Assembly (NCBI GenBank): GCA_963666215.2
Contig: CAXWPL010000005.1
Coordinates: 672,001-736,000 of the forward strand
Origin: Acidobacteriota bacterium
Lineage (GTDB): Bacteria; Acidobacteriota; UBA890; WLXD01
Reading direction: 5' to 3'
DNA: 64,000 nucleotides
The notes under the pieces are model-generated. The model ran no database searches. It was given only the letters and a program-made list of their open reading frames with translations, and had not been told where the DNA came from. This document shows, piece by piece, positions 63,948 through 64,000 of this stretch. Position 1 is the first letter of the stretch; every line of letters starts with the position of its first letter. The position numbers and the translations under genes were made by a program.

Positions 63948-64000
63948 AGGAGTACCTATCGAAAGGGGCAGGGGAAAGGCGAAGCGAGGAGCGCCGAGAG

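Overview
A high-GC bacterial window. The gene families (eukaryotic-like Ser/Thr kinases with PD40 propellers, ADOP-type permease and PadR, DUF5916, CRTAC1, M28-PDZ) suggest an Acidobacteriota- or Gemmatimonadota-like lineage, which is an inference. Bases 1-3113 are the end of a tyrosine-integrase island, ending in the 3' half of tRNA-Thr(CGT). Bases ~3.1-23 kb are an accessory zone full of IS256/IS6/IS3 scars, recombinase and kinase fragments, and secreted peptidases, including a triplicated 3' end of an M24 peptidase gene. The remainder is more core-like (rmlC, HtrA, OmpA, M28, ComDE-like, glk, class I aldolase, Rrf2, PduO, E1-FabD, RND) but is also eroded by deletions, frameshifts and nonsense codons. 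It carries one intact IS481 with a 6-bp TSD and a collapsed cytochrome b / HAO-like multiheme locus. The best candidates for under-described systems are a PadR + 'permease-prefix'-TonB pair, an E2-less fused E1 + FabD-like + Fis-HTH operon, and a secreted Tyr/Gly/Arg-rich low-complexity protein. No CRISPR array, rRNA, intact tRNA or reverse transcriptase was seen. All family calls come from motif recognition by eye, not from database searches.
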